Shown piece after piece: positions 29,245 to 44,070 of a stretch of DNA of 64,000 nucleotides. Under the pieces are notes generated by a model. The model had not been told where the DNA came from. It ran no database searches and was given only the letters and a program-made list of their open reading frames with translations. How positions within the stretch are numbered: the stretch's first letter is position 1; each line of letters opens with the position of its first letter. Location: NCBI GenBank assembly GCA_951406725.2, contig OX597816.1, positions 84,320,001-84,384,000 of the forward strand. Reading direction: 5' to 3'. A program made the position numbers and the translations under genes. Origin of the DNA: Octopus vulgaris. Lineage: Eukaryota.

Positions 29245-30032
29245 GTGTGTGTGTATGTGTGTATGTTTGCATGTTAAAATAATTTTTAATTCCAAATCCA
29301 TTTCAGAATGACAACCGACCGTTTATTGTTGGTGTAACTATACTAAAACCAGTTGTAAAACCCAATACACGAAAGTTGAAGTCCCAGTTAATTTACTCTT
29401 TGCAATAAACACACACACACACATAGGAACAAACACACACACACATATATATATCCTACAATATAGTAATCAATGAAATTCCAACCTAGTGTGATTTTCG
29501 CCTTTTATTATTTACAATTACTACAATTTTACAATATTGAAATCATAGAATAGTATATAAATAAATTTTGTAATAAAACTAGTACTCCCATGCGTTACGC
29601 AGTCACTAGGTTTATGTAGTGACATTCATGTTCCACAATTGATAACTGTAGTGAAATGACTAGATTTGTCCTTTTAATACCACCCGATGGGCTCACTCAG
29701 ACTTAATCTTACGAACTGTATTTTGACCAAATAGTATGTGGCTTAGATTTCACGGCTTACACGTCACGGTTTCGTGCGCACTTCATGGGCTCTTTATTTT
29801 GCACGCACCTAAAGAAGTAATTGTTTGGTTATATTTCGGAATGTTGTAAACAGCACACCTGGTTTCATTGAATATTACTCCTTCAATTTTTCAGAAATTT
29901 TACATTTCAATCAAGTCGATGTTGATATGTTTAACACTACTACTATCATCACCTTCAACTTTATTATTGCTGTTAGTGGTGGTGGTGGTGGTGGTGGTAG
30001 TAGTAATAGCAGTGGTACTTATTATTATTATT

Positions 30033-30430
30033 GAATGAAAGAGCAGTGCATGCCATCAAAGTGACACTGAGGTAAAATATACGAAGCCCAGTATACCCAT
30101 TATGACTACACGTCTGATAAGGGTACACCAGGCACATGCCACACAACCATATGTGTGCGACATGGTGATCTCATATCAAGATAAACAGCACATGACCTTG
30201 CAGGTGGGGCCCAGTTAGAATTTTCTTCTGGTCGAGTAACCCACCCCATTCAAAAGGTCCCTGAATAAGGGTTGTTTAAGGATGTTGAACGAACCATCCA
30301 TGTTTCCAAAGGCGAATTATCCAAACCTCTAAGAATTCCTTTCAACACACGGCTTTGATGCTCCGCCACTACTTCTGCTCATTATCAGAGATGCACATAT
30401 CGTCAGCCACTAAGGGACATGGTCAACTGA
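30033..30430 (-). mobile_element. Non-coding interspersed repeat E with (AAT)n tail (SINE-like)
   Basis: Its 3' end recurs in the opposite orientation at 58378-58440. Confidence 0.7.
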
Positions 30431-30434
30431 CTAT

Positions 30435-31540
30435 ATAAGAAATTGATATTATTTTACTAGCTAGGAAAACTATCATAGAATTTGAGGGAAAATTGCAGAC
30501 TAGGGCTGATACCCCAAATCATTTTGATATACCCATGAGCTCCAGTGAATCGACGGAGGTCACTAATTTAGTAGGGACTTATTGAAATGCCCAAGTAGAG
30601 AGGTCCCGGAATTGCTAGGAGGTTTATATAGGGATGATGCATTATTCGTCGTCCCTAGCAATAATAAATCGATCATTGAGGGAATAAGAAAGAATATTAG
30701 TAGATTTTTCAAAGATTTTAACTTAGGTATTACTTATGAATATAACACTAAGATAGTTAACTTTCTAGATGTTACTTTAGATTTAAACTCGAAATTATAT
30801 TACCTATATAGAAAAGATTGTGAAATTACTAGATATGTAAATAAATTATCAAATCACCCCACAAATATACTGAAATCGATAATTAAAAGTATTTCGAGAA
30901 GAATTACTAAATTATCATCTCACAATGAAATTTTTAATTCTCACTCATATCATTACAATGTTGCCTTATCTAGGGCCGGATATAACCAGGAAATCACCTT
31001 CCTAGATCTTGAAAATTCAATTATTTCGAATAAGAAAATAAATAAAAATAGCTCAAATAATATAGAATCTTCAATTTAAAAAAAATATGAATCAACCAAA
31101 ACAGATAACCTATCATATAAACCTGATCCAAATAACAGAAATGGCAGACAATACACAAATAAGTATAAAAAGTTTAAGTTAAATAAAATAAATATAAATG
31201 AAAATATAAAAATCTCACCCACTGATAAAAAACAAATAAATATATAGATAAGACTGAAGATAATAACAAAACTGTGAGGGATATGGATAACACCAATCTT
31301 TCCCACCCTTACTCAAATAAAAAATTCAAAAGTAAAAATATCGTATGGCTGAATATACCTTTCAACTAGGCAATATCTACGAACATATATGGTAATTTTA
31401 TGTCCATACTAGAAACAAACCTCCCTGCTTCCCATAAATATTATAAAATACTTTCTCGTAAATCAGTTAGAATATCATATTCTACTCTTCCAAATATAAG
31501 TACCATAATAGCTAGATTAAATAGAAAAATATTTAAATAG
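30435..31540 (+). pseudogene. Penelope-like element RT, degenerate fragment
   Basis: HFDIPMSS, GGLYRDD, VNFLDVTLDL, SNHP..I...ISRRI..LSS, YNVALSRAGY, then NIVWLNIPFN...ISYSTLPNI; these are PLE RT/thumb motifs. Confidence 0.8.
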
Positions 31541-31760
31541 CCAGAAAGATTGCTCTATATTTTAAAACTGATGTAATACTTGCATTGTTTAATTAAATGA
31601 AGTCGCATAAAACGATCGTACTGCATTACTTTTGGATATTCTTGTTGCTTATTTTGATTATAATCACCCCATTTTGAATTATATGGATAATACCATACCA
31701 AATTCTGGTGCCTTTAACTTAAGTACCATATTCAACTGAATCTAAATATATATGTGTGTA

Positions 31761-31821
<61 letters not shown>

Positions 31822-33476
31822 GTGTGTGTATGTATGTATGTATGTATGTATGTATGTCAAAGGTGATTCCAGTTTATCAACGTCACTCAGGCTCATAAGA
31901 CTCATGACTGCTCGAAGAATTTCACCCTTTTCCATTTTATTTCTAGCCCCAAATGGCTTATTTCTTATATCTACCAGCATATCTTTCTCCATTTTGAAGT
32001 GATGAAGCAACACTGTGAGACACAATTGATTTTTACACACAGATGCACAGAATAACAGCAATCAAATAACGATAGCGGAGTGCACAACAAACATTAGCAA
32101 TCTGTCTGTCGCCTGCATTCTTGACAAGAGATGCCAGTTATTCTTTTACTCTTGCCAGGCTGGTTCGTATTAGCACGAGAAACTGGATAATTTTTCGTTT
32201 GTTTAAGAATATTGTAGAACGAAATAGTAATTTATTGTTTCAAGGCATTGAGTTTAAATTACTTTTAATTTTTATGATTGTAGATAACTCGAGCTGTAAC
32301 TTCCGAGTCAGAGTCAGGCGCATGTGAACAATATCGAGAGAACGTCCACTACGAATGATATTTTTCGATACAGGACACCTCAAAGAGGACCACCAGACGC
32401 TGACTGAAAATAAATGAACTGTGACAATAAAAGGAGCCCGAGTTATTGGCTGCAATTACATACTTGAAGTCAGTGTTGGTAGAAATGGAATCAGCTTCAA
32501 ATACACGACCACTTTATTAAGTTTAGACTCAGGCTAAGCCCGAACAGCCCGAGTACCGGAGTCGCCACTGATCTATATGTGTGTGTGTGTCTGTGTGTGT
32601 GTGGTAAAAAATTGTACAAAATCAAAAATAATCAGAAGAGTGACAGGTGAGGGAATAGCAAATTGGCAAATAGGGTGCATCCAGGAAAATTAGTAGGGTC
32701 TTTGACGTTTGAAGCCAATACTTCCCTGCAGAAAGGAATGAGAAATGAATGGGAACATTTGACGGAGAAAGGGGGAAAAGGGGGAGAGAGAGAAAGTAAA
32801 CCGTGTTTGGATTAACGGTTGCACAGTGGATACGCGTCAAAAATGGAGAAATGGTGAACAAATCAGAAAAATAAACTTTTTTTTTCTTCTCTTGGCACAA
32901 AACCCGAAAAATGAGAAAAATAATAAACATATCCTCTTTAGAGAATAGTATATGACTTTCCTTGAACGGCTGAATAAAAGTATAGAAATGTGTGTGTGCG
33001 TGTGTGTTTGTGTGCGTGTGTGTCTGTGTGTCTGTGTTTGTGTGTGTTTGTGTGTGCTTGTTACTCTGTACGTGTTTGTGTATTTGGTTTCAACACAAGA
33101 AAGTTTATTGTTAATAAATATTAAGCATTCGTTTTATAAAATTATACAAATGCACGCGTCTGTGTGTGTATTCGGTTTCAACAAAAGAAAGTTTATTGCT
33201 AATAAATACTACGCATTCAGTTGATAAAAAATTTCAATTTACATTTTATAAAACTGGTTGTACAGACTTAAAAATCTGAAGTACCCTGTACAGGAAGTGC
33301 CGACGGTAAAGAAATAAGATTTGAAGAATTATACATGTATACAGCTAATGTTGGATCATGTTAATGCTACAATATGTATAGTACATGTAACATACAGTAT
33401 TTATCTGCTGATAATGATGCATCGAAATGTAGTGATCCTGTTCATTCTATCTCCTCTGAGATTCTTTTATATACAT

Positions 33477-33887
33477 TTTCTATTTCTTTATTACCCACAA
33501 GGGGCTAAACACAGAAGGACAAACAAGGGCAAACAAACGGATTAAGTCGATTATATCGACCCCAGTGCGTAACTGGTACTTATTTAATCGACCCCGAAAG
33601 GATGAAAGGCAAAGTCGACCTCGGCGGAATTTGAACTCAGAACGTAGCGGCAGACGAAATACCTATTTCTTTACTACCCACAAGGGCTAAACACAGAGAA
33701 GACAAACAAGGACAGACAAACGGGTTAAGTCGATTACATCGATCCCAGTGCGTAACTGGTACTTAATTTATCGACCCCGAAAGGATGAAAGGCAAAGTCG
33801 ACCTCGGCGGAATTTGAACTCAGAACGTAACGGCAGACGAAATACGGCTACGCATTTCGCCCGGCGTACTAACGTTTCTGCCATCTC
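33477..33887 (-). mobile_element. SINE family A, dimeric (head-core-tail1-core-tail1)
   Basis: ~183-bp unit repeated (tatttcttta at 33481 and 33664). Confidence 0.9.
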
Positions 33888-34308
33888 TTTTATATACATT
33901 TTCACACACGCACACTTGCACCTTAGTATATCCGATGATCGGTGTTAGCATGACTTCTTATGTAGCTCAGTAGGCCAGACATACTTTTAAAAAGATGTCC
34001 TCATACGCTGCACACTATTTACGGTGCGGCTTGAACAGCCTATGCTATTTGATTTTGATATTCTTGAAATATTTCTTCAGATTATTTGGAGGTCCTGTGG
34101 CACATACAGCGTTCACAAGGTCGAACTGTTAGCTATGTTGTATAATCAGTAAAAGTGCCCTATTAGGTGTCCTTGTTTGAGACTTAAGTCCAGCCTCATA
34201 CAGTGAGATTTTGCAACAAAATATACAAGGAGAAAAAGTTCTACCAAGTTCTTTTACAATTACTATCCTTTCAATATCTACCATACATAAATACACACAC
34301 ACACACAC

Positions 34309-34387
<79 letters not shown>

Positions 34388-34659
34388 CACCACCAAAACA
34401 AACACACAAGCGCGCTCATATTCATGTGTTGTCCATTTGCATGTAAACATAATAACAAAGTCTCGCTGAAAAATATAAATGTACAATATGTGTGCGTGAA
34501 CAACATAGCGGAGATATTAACTTAAATGATATTTACAAATTTGGCAGAGTGGAAAATATGATAATATTCCTTATAATGAGGTTTTAGTGACTTTACAATT
34601 GCTATCTCGTTCTTGCATTTGTTTATATTTGATTCCTAAATTATCGTCATCATCATTGG

Positions 34660-34660
<1 letters not shown>

Positions 34661-34744
<84 letters not shown>

Positions 34745-34772
34745 GGTGGTGGTGTTGTTGTTGTTGTTGTTG

Positions 34773-34839
<67 letters not shown>
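34661..34839. repeat. Compound (ATT)n-(GTT)n-(ATT)n microsatellite
   Basis: Direct inspection. Confidence 0.95.
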
Positions 34840-35339
34840 CTTCATAATTTTTTCTTCTTCACTCCTCTATATTTTTTTCTTTTTCATTAAACATTAGTTC
34901 TAAGTTTGTGAACATCAGTGTATACCTGAGTATATTTGTATTTACCATAAGTGTACGGTTATTGTTTTTCTTTTTAAATAACAGTTTGACTATTCTTACT
35001 ATTTTTGACACAGACTCATACACACATATGGACATGCATACTAACATACGCTACAAATGTACACATGCACACCTATATATTATGCATATATATTTATATG
35101 TATATATCATGTGCGTATGTATATATATATATATAAAGTGAGCATCAAGCAGTCCGTAGAAAATATACAAAATAACTTTCAGGAACAATAGTGGTTTATA
35201 GGTGCGTAAGGTTGTGAGTTTTTCCCATATCAAAGTCCGATAAGCTGGAAAAAATTATACAATTTACAGTTGGCAACCAGAGTTGCCGGGTATGCGAATA
35301 AAAATCCAAAATATTAAGGAATGGAACAGATAAAATTCA

Positions 35340-35423
35340 GGCTACATATATTTCATAGCGAGTGGAACCTCGGAAGTAGTAATTAACCAAGCACGGTGTA
35401 TACCACAGGCTACTCTTCAGGCC
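35340..35423 (-). ncRNA. Type I hammerhead motif with extended stem II, probably within a decayed PLE terminal repeat (~35137-35760)
   Basis: ggc|CTGAAGA|gtagc..49 nt..gctat|GAAA|tatatg|TA|gcc. Confidence 0.55.
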
Positions 35424-36694
35424 AAGGGTACCTTGATTATATGAAGTTTACATTACAATTAGATCCATCTTAACTCGCGGAGGATTCGATGAAAATGCGT
35501 AGAATGCACAGTTTGAGTAGGGAATATAAGTGTGAAGTGAAATTAAGAATGTGCGAAAAGAAAAAAGAAAATATATAAGGGGGTTGGAAAATTTAGGAGT
35601 AAATAATTTACGCGGGGTCATTTAACTAATGGTTTCCATTAGGGCTATATATTTGTAGTCTAATATACCGATTCATAGAATCATGGAAATCTCCTCTAGT
35701 GGACCCGGCCAGCAGTCCACATTGTTATCCAATACAAGGAGTATAATGCTGAAATTTATGCAGCTGAAATATTGGAGATCCGATCGATAAGATTTTGCAT
35801 GAGTAGTATATAAGACATAAAAGTCAGGAGGTATGGGGTGTGAATAGATTTATTTAGCCATTTGTCATTTTGAGGGTGACAGGCTTTTCGCAACCTTTAT
35901 CATGTAATAATAATTTGAGTGTATAATAGTTATAATAGTTATTTTATACGTCTGCACTAATACTATGCTACGCATTATAGCATACCATTGTGTATTTACA
36001 AATCAGTGCAGATAATGGAAGCTATATATATTAGTAATAATAATAATAACAACAACAACAATGATGGTGATGATGATAGAGTACATCTGTTTTTGTTTAG
36101 TTAGGTGGGTGTAGGCATAATTGTTTGTGTGTGCGTGCGTGCGGGCGCACGCGCATATGTGGGTGTGCATATTGACGTTTGTGTACAGAAACCGTATGTT
36201 GCCAAATTTATAGACTTCAAGAAACCTTCCACGAAGAATCTCTCTAGAAGATTGTCACACTGTAGTAAGTATTCTCCGGCTGTTTCAGTCTTATGTGGTC
36301 ACTTTGTTAATGGGCATATTGTTACGCTTGAACAAATCATGGATACAGGTAGACGTCTGACATCGCCACAGGGGTGCGTCAGTTGTCTGTACTGCTACAC
36401 GTTTTGTTTATGTAGATGGTAGTATTCCTCATGAAATGCTTCATGGATGATCAAGCATACAATATTCAATGAGAACAGAGAAGCTCCGCAACCTTGATTT
36501 CGCGAGTAATGTAGGATTCATTTGTACCACATCAACGGCAATGCAAGTCATAAACACCAGTCTCAACAATAGCAGCTAATAAAGCAAAACAATCTAAAAA
36601 AAATGAAGATGTTGACTATTGGTGAAAGTACAGAAATGACATGTCCAGCTGGCTCGATTACTACCAGAAACTGTTCATCTATTGTGACAAGAGT

Positions 36695-36941
36695 GGAGGA
36701 GCGTGGCTTAGTTGTTAGGGTGTCAGCATCATAATCGTAAGATTGTGGTTTCGATTCCTGGACCGGGCGACGCGTTATGTTCTTGAGCAAAACACTTCAT
36801 TTCACGTTGCTCCAGTCCACTCAGCTGGCAAAAATGAGTAACGCTACGATGGACTGGCGTCCCGCCCAGCTAGTGAACATATATGCCATAGAAACCGAGA
36901 AACCGGGCCCATGAGCCTGGCTAGGCTTTAAAAGGGCGCAT
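36695..36941 (+). mobile_element. SINE family C (tRNA head, CORE-like)
   Basis: gcgtggcttagttgttagggtg...ggtttcgattcc...gttcttgagcaaaacacttcatttcac. Confidence 0.85.
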
Positions 36942-37960
36942 ATATATTTTTTTTCTATTGTGACGAGAGAAAACTTCCATCCACCGAGTACCCAGGCGAC
37001 GGAACTTCAGATATGAAGATTACTTGTGAATATAAAAACCAAACAGTCCCGGGCCAAACATACCTAGAGGAGTAAACCTCAAAGAAATATAAAATCCCAG
37101 CCTTGAATTGTGAGAGGTTGGTATGCGATGAATGCAAGCTTCAACAAACCGTTTCATTGGATCCGCGCAATTATTGCTTCACCGGTGATCTTGTCTCTAC
37201 TAAAGTGGGATTGCAACCGTCATGAAGAGTATGCGACTCCTGTCAGTATCAAACTACTGAAACGCCAAAATGACAGGCCTGGGTTGGAACCAGGCCATAA
37301 AACAAACGTTGATTCATTCACCTGATTGAGCAATAAACCCGCAAACGAAGAAAATTCAAAAACTGATGTGGAGAAAAGGTTTAGTAACGCTGCAGTTATT
37401 TTCCAGTGCTTGCACACATCCATTGTCCTGCTGATTACGTTTTAAGCTTGGAAGAAGAAAAATACATTCAGAGTGAGATGTTTTCACAGACTTTACTTAA
37501 GGACCATTCTTAGAACGTTTGGGCTCGACCTTTTCACGATTGAAGGAGTAGTGTAGAGAACTGTGTTGAGTAACCCCTAGAATGCCAACACAGTGAGACA
37601 ACAGAGTACGATCGACCATTTGCTTGGTATGCCTATGAAGATATCGGGGAAACCTTTCTGAAATGGAAACCAGAAAAGTGGCGAAGGCGCAAAGCATACC
37701 TGCAAATGTGTGGTTTATGATTGTGGAGGAGACCAGGCTGACACGAGCCTCCTCTAGGAAAAAGCTCAAGACAGGCCTTGCGATGATTATTTATGGGGAT
37801 CAGGAAGATCTAAAATAAATATATACATACAAACATCCAAACACTCATAGGTGCTTACACATATATATTTTAATAGTATGTATACACGCACATAAGTATA
37901 ATTATATGCTTTTATGTATGTACGTATCTATGAGTGTGTATGTGTATATATATATGTATA

Positions 37961-38033
<73 letters not shown>

Positions 38034-38546
38034 ATATATGTATATATATACATATATATGAAGATATATATACACACATTCATATCTATATATAACTTAT
38101 GGTTATGTGTACTTGTGTATGTGCAAAAGTGAGTGTGTATATGTGTGCATGCGTTCGTGTAATCTTTTATCAGAACCTTAGTGCTAAAAGCCTTTACTTA
38201 AATGTGCTAAGTAAGTATATCCATTTTCATTATATCCGATGTTTCACTAGATTAAAATATCGTAATGAGTTTTGATATAAAGCAGGGCACTACTTAACAT
38301 TAACTAACATCTGGGATAAAATAGAAGCGTTTCAAAACTTGGCAACGTTTTGAAAATAACCGCATTTTACCGGAAATAGTGGTTGTTATATGTACCTTAA
38401 AGCATGAATAAATCCTACACGTATCTGGTTTTGTTATTGCTGTTGTTATTAGTAAAAGAAATGCAATAAAAATATTGACAAAAATTAAAAGGTAAAATAT
38501 AATGAGATTTGTTATTAGTATTATTAAAGGAAATATGATAAAATTG

Positions 38547-38680
38547 GGTGGGAGAATGGCAGAAGCATTAGAGCGTCGAACAAGCTGGTTTGTGGTATTT
38601 CTGCTGAAATTTTACGTAATGGGTTCAAACCCTCCTGAGGTCAAATTCACCTTTTTTACCTCAGGGAGTCAATAAAATGA
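38547..38680 (+). mobile_element. SINE family A, degenerate
   Basis: tggcagaagcattagagc...gggttcaaaccctcctgaggtcaa. Confidence 0.5.
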
Positions 38681-38997
38681 TTACACCCTTACTCAGTAAG
38701 TAAAACCTCAGCAACCAACATTTCAGCAAATACAAACTAAGTGTGTGTGTATGTGTGTGTGTACATACCTATGTATATATGAGTATGTGTGTGTATTATA
38801 TATGTGTGTATGTGTATAGATGTGTATGTGAATGATAGTGCTTGCTAAGTTGTGGCACTTGCCGAAATGTTATTTGTTCAGTTTTTACTTGCTGTGTTAT
38901 AGTGCTCCCCTATAAAATACTGACCCAGTTTTGTAGTGAGGTCTGTCATACCTATTAACCCAATCTAAAACCGATCTTTTGCATAAATTAGAAGCCA

Positions 38998-39225
38998 AAG
39001 TGCCAATCTGGCAGGATCGTTGGTGTGTCGGGAAATCGTTTAGCCGCATTTGTTCCGGCTCTTTGCATTTTGAGTTCAAACATCACCAAGGTTAACCTTG
39101 CCTTTCATCCCTCCAGGATCGATAAATTACGGTATAAATCAAATACTAAGATCAAAGGAACCGACTAATTCCTTCTACTTCAAAGTCACTGGCCTTGTGC
39201 CTAAATTAGAAACGAGTAATATTAT
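38998..39225 (+). mobile_element. SINE family A, degenerate
   Basis: tggcaggatcgtt...gagttcaaac...ttgcctttcatcc...ggccttgtgcctaaattagaaac. Confidence 0.7.
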
Positions 39226-39534
39226 TACTCGCCTTATTCTTTATCAAGTTTTCAGTGTAACATCGAGCACAGCTTTATGTGCCTTGGGTATGTGTTGTGG
39301 TTTGTTTTTGATATTGTTATTATTGGTGCATTCAAAGTTCTCTAAATAGGACGATAGTGCTATTTTCTGCATGTTATATAAATAAGTCCTGGTTATATAT
39401 TTGGTTGAATGTTTTTTGGACCATAGCTAAAACACCTATTATTATAGGCTTTCCTATACCTATACGATAATAGATTTATAATTATTGTTGTTGCTGTTAT
39501 TGTTGTTATTGCTATTATTATTATTATTGTTATT

Positions 39535-39590
<56 letters not shown>

Positions 39591-39604
39591 TATCATTATT
39601 ATTA

Positions 39605-39740
39605 TTATTTATTGCCTTTGCACAGCTTTTAACGCTGGAGATGTAGTAGTGTCAGCTGTTCACTACCAATGAACTAAGGTAACACCTCTTATTTTTCCAG
39701 CACCTTCCGGAATATTTGAGCGGTTCCAAGCAGTGCTGTT
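39605..39740 (-). mobile_element. R4/Dong-type 3' end fragment embedded in (ATT)/(ATC)n
   Basis: Reverse complement matches ~18570-18700 (gcactgcttggaac...ttaccttagttca...ctccagcgtta...ctgtgcaaag). Confidence 0.85.
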
Positions 39741-39741
39741 A

Positions 39742-39802
<61 letters not shown>

Positions 39803-42800
39803 CATCATCATCATCATCATCATCATCAACATCATCATTATTATTATTGTTTGTTATCGTATTTGTTATCTACTGATAATCTTTTTTATTTGATAACTTA
39901 CTCAGTATCAAAGAAAAAGGTACTGTATAGGAAACGTGTTTGTTTGTTGCGACGCATTTTGTACACCATTTACCTTACGTTTACTATTGCCTGATATGAA
40001 AGCATAGCTGCGTGTGGTTGCTGTGTATGCTGTCCATTCGTTATTGCGTACATAAGTCGGTGTGCAAGTGTGTACACGCGAGCGTCTATGCCATCATCTC
40101 ATTGTCCTCGAAGACTGTCCATTATTGGATCGAGCAAATGAAAGTTGTATAAAGCGGAAACTGAATTCTATGGTTGATGGAAGATTACTGACCAGACCAC
40201 ATTTTGCCTATAATAAAATTTTCTGTCAAAGATGCGTGATGTCGTGTGTTGTCGTTGTAAGTATGGCTCTCTGTATCCTAATGGGTTCCATGAGCTTTTA
40301 AGTACCGACTACATTGTTAGATATTCACGGTACTGCCACACCCTAGAAAGTCAAGGAAAATGATGCTCTTGTCATCATCCAAAGCGGTCACGATAATATT
40401 CTGCGCCTATCACTAGTTCTCGAAAATCTTAGGTCTTGGAGAAGTGGTGTGGTGCCATTCATTCTACAGACTGAACCTTCGTTTTCGGATCATAAAGATA
40501 CGCTCATGCTTCTCCAGATGGAAAAAAAAGATGTCTTCTCTGGCTTCAAACACTTGCCGCAAAACAAAACAGACTTCCACCTTTCATGGTTTCGAATCAA
40601 GTGTCAGATGGTAGGTTACCCACATTACATATACTATCCAATCTCTAAAGTCTTCCGCCAGATTCTCTAATACATTGTGACTACCACAGTGTAGTAGTAT
40701 AGTAACCTTACATAACGTGACTCGTCAAGCAATCCATGTCCGGGTTGCAGATAATGGATTGTTACTGCGTGGTTTGTCTTCATTGTTAGTTTCCTCTTCC
40801 CTAAACTCCCTTGATTCGTTCGCATTACTCATATCAATATCTGTAATAAACTTCAGATTGAAATTATCCGAAAGGAGAAGAAAATATCAATATGTGCACC
40901 AGAGAATCAGATAATTTTCTGTCCACATAAGAAATATCATGGAATAAGTTGATAAGACAGCAGATATAAATCTCTCTAAAATGTACGTTGATTATAAAGT
41001 TACATTTTGAAAGTAATAATAAACATGCGGCATGAATACCGATTCAGTTACTAAAAACGGTTTCATCAATAAACCATTAACGAGAGTTCTTCCCTCGTAA
41101 CCTAAAATCTTGTGTCGGATAATGGAAAGGGAAACACCTTCAGGAAAGAGATCAGAAAAATACAGCACAGACTCCAAAAGTAGAGCATACGCAACTTAAA
41201 ACCAAAAGTTTCATTAAAGTTGAGGAATCTCTGCCAACAGAAAGGTACAAGAAGATGCGGAACAAATATTTAGTTATAAAAGTTGAGGTTGTACAGGAAA
41301 TCTCTCAATATACATGAAAATACTATGGATAGTGGAAATAGTACACAAAATTGCTTGGTGTAGCATAGGAAAATCTTGTTGCTGTTGCTGGAAAAAACAT
41401 TACTTTTCAGAAAAATATAAACCGGCTGCGTGTTTAAACATTTTGTAAAAGCATTAGGTAAATTACTTTGAAATATTATGAATCCAACGAGGTAATAACT
41501 TCTAAGAGGGTTATCAGAAAGGAATGAAGCGTGAGGATGTAATCCGTAACTTTTCATTGATAAATCCGTACTTTCTGGAAAAAAAAAAACAAACAAGTAA
41601 AACAAAGAATAACAACAAAACAGTGCAAAAGCATGAAAATATAACCTTATTACAAAAGGCTGTTTGATTTTATTGTTCGTGGATGTTTGTTACAAATAAC
41701 AATGTTGGAAATGATAGCTACCACTGTTTATGGAGATACTGAAATAATTGTGAGGTCCACATCGAACATTACAATTATTTTAAATGAAGGTACAATTTAT
41801 GCTGATGTGATGCTAAAGAAATTTCAGAATGCATATTCTAAAGAGACAATGGGTGCTTTGTATGTGTGCTACACGTGCTTCTTTTTATATCAACTCAGAA
41901 CTCACTATCACTATCTTTTCTATGAAAATAATCTTAAGGTTAAGATGCGACTATAGAACAACAACAACAATTTCACAATTTTTCTTTATTTATCAATATA
42001 TAGAATACTCTACGTAACTTTTTTGTGAGTTACAATTTAGCGTTTGAAGTTGTTGAAGTTGTTCCAATTAATAAGATTTTTACTTTCTAAATCATTCGAT
42101 ACGAAACGAAGTCATTTTGTTTATTTTCTGCATTTGTCTCATAATTCCTAATGAAATAGTTTTGTAAATTATTCAGCAGCGTTTCCACTCTTTTGCTATA
42201 ACAACACCTCAACGTAGTTGCTCCCTTTGTCTTTTATATTTGAAAGTTCATTCTAAATGCTTAACTAATATCATCTTGGATATAATAAAATGCATTATGA
42301 TTGGCATACGTTACGCTGGACGACGGAAACTAAAACAACAAACCGAGTGGGAGTGAGTGACTGTCAGAGAAGCTATATGCAACCGAAATGTAATGGGATT
42401 TTTTGCTCATGAAGTCATCGGTATTTTAATCAACATAAAACTAAATTTTGACCGTAAGTTATCGCAAATTCATTTTATCAGTTTCATGCACACGTGCGCA
42501 CATACACACACACGCACATACACTCGCGCACACACACACAGACACACAGGTACACATACAGACACACACAAGTATATACAAAATTGAATTTTGAATTCCT
42601 TTGTTTTAAAAATATTGCGATCGAAGATAGAAAATTAGGTAACTGGTGTATATGGTGTATCATTGAAGCACACCTAAGCAATGAAATAAAGGCATTAATC
42701 GATCATGATAGAAGTTGATAGTTTTGTAAGCCAGGTTCGAAATCCATATGAAGCGCTGGAACTAACGAAATGTATCCAAATAAATAATACCTGAGAAGGG

Positions 42801-43724
42801 GAAAATATCGACTCATCGATGGTGTATTACATTACATTTTGATTTTTATATATTTACCCTCCAAAAGTATGAGCTTTCAAAGAAACAAGAAAATACAACA
42901 GTTACATAGTGAGTCGCCTAATTAGAAATACAACAGCTGCTTTCCACAAAATATGAAAGTTTATTTATGTACGCGGAATAATGAATTTATGCAAAATTTT
43001 TCGAAAGTCTATGATATGACTGTAATGTGATTATTGATGTCTAAGGAGAGTATTGTGTATTCTTTGTAAAGAATACACAAGGGAAGAGAAAACTGACTTG
43101 ATTACTTGCCATAAGAATGCATTCCGTTAAAGGCATCCAAAAGTCAAGTAGCGATCGTGAATTGGACAATGGGTTAAATATGTAGCACACAAATATTGGA
43201 ACTATCGTTGCTACAGGTTTACTACAAGTTCCCGTCCACCAAATTCTAAATACAAAGCACATGAAGCTACGGTAAAAGGCACTTCACATCGGTGTGCCGT
43301 TCAATGGGGTTCAACCTCAAACTGCTTAGTTGCAAAGCAAATATTTTAACTGTACATCCTTATCTTCGTCTAATCTACATATTACGAGATTAGTTAAAAA
43401 GAAAACAAAACAACACATACATATGTTGATATGTATATATGCAAATACAACCACTAATAAAAACACAAATCCATCGCTCTTTTTCATGTTATAACTTTAA
43501 GTTAACTCGGGTATTCATAAATTTGTCATCTTTTATTTTCAATAATCTATTCATTTATATATATTTTTTCTCAGTCTGTCTGCCTATCTACCAGTTTTAT
43601 TCACTATATACTATGAATACCGTCTACTTATCTCACTGTGTATCTAAATACCTATTTTTGGCATACTGACTCCATTTATTTAATCACTCTCTCTCTCTCT
43701 TACTCTCTCTTTCCCTGTCTCTAT

Positions 43725-43747
43725 ATATCTGTCTATCTATCTATCAG

Positions 43748-43846
<99 letters not shown>

Positions 43847-43847
43847 G

Positions 43848-43878
<31 letters not shown>

Positions 43879-43879
43879 G

Positions 43880-43946
<67 letters not shown>

Positions 43947-44002
43947 GTCTGTCTGTCTTCTGTCTGTCTATCCGTCTGTTTGTCTATCTGTCTATCTGTC
44001 TG

Positions 44003-44070
<68 letters not shown>
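43725..44070. repeat. (TATC)n/(TGTC)n microsatellite
   Basis: Direct inspection. Confidence 0.95.

Noticed and set aside
32230-32570. Minus-strand TGGCGAC PBS-like motif with downstream higher-GC sequence
   Set aside because: No LTR or recognisable gag/pol peptide.
36960-37800. Possible very old Tx1-like coding remnant on the minus strand
   Set aside because: Only vague similarity; no diagnostic motif retained.
40280-40700. Possible decayed RTE 3' end on the minus strand
   Set aside because: Similarity too weak to support by eye.
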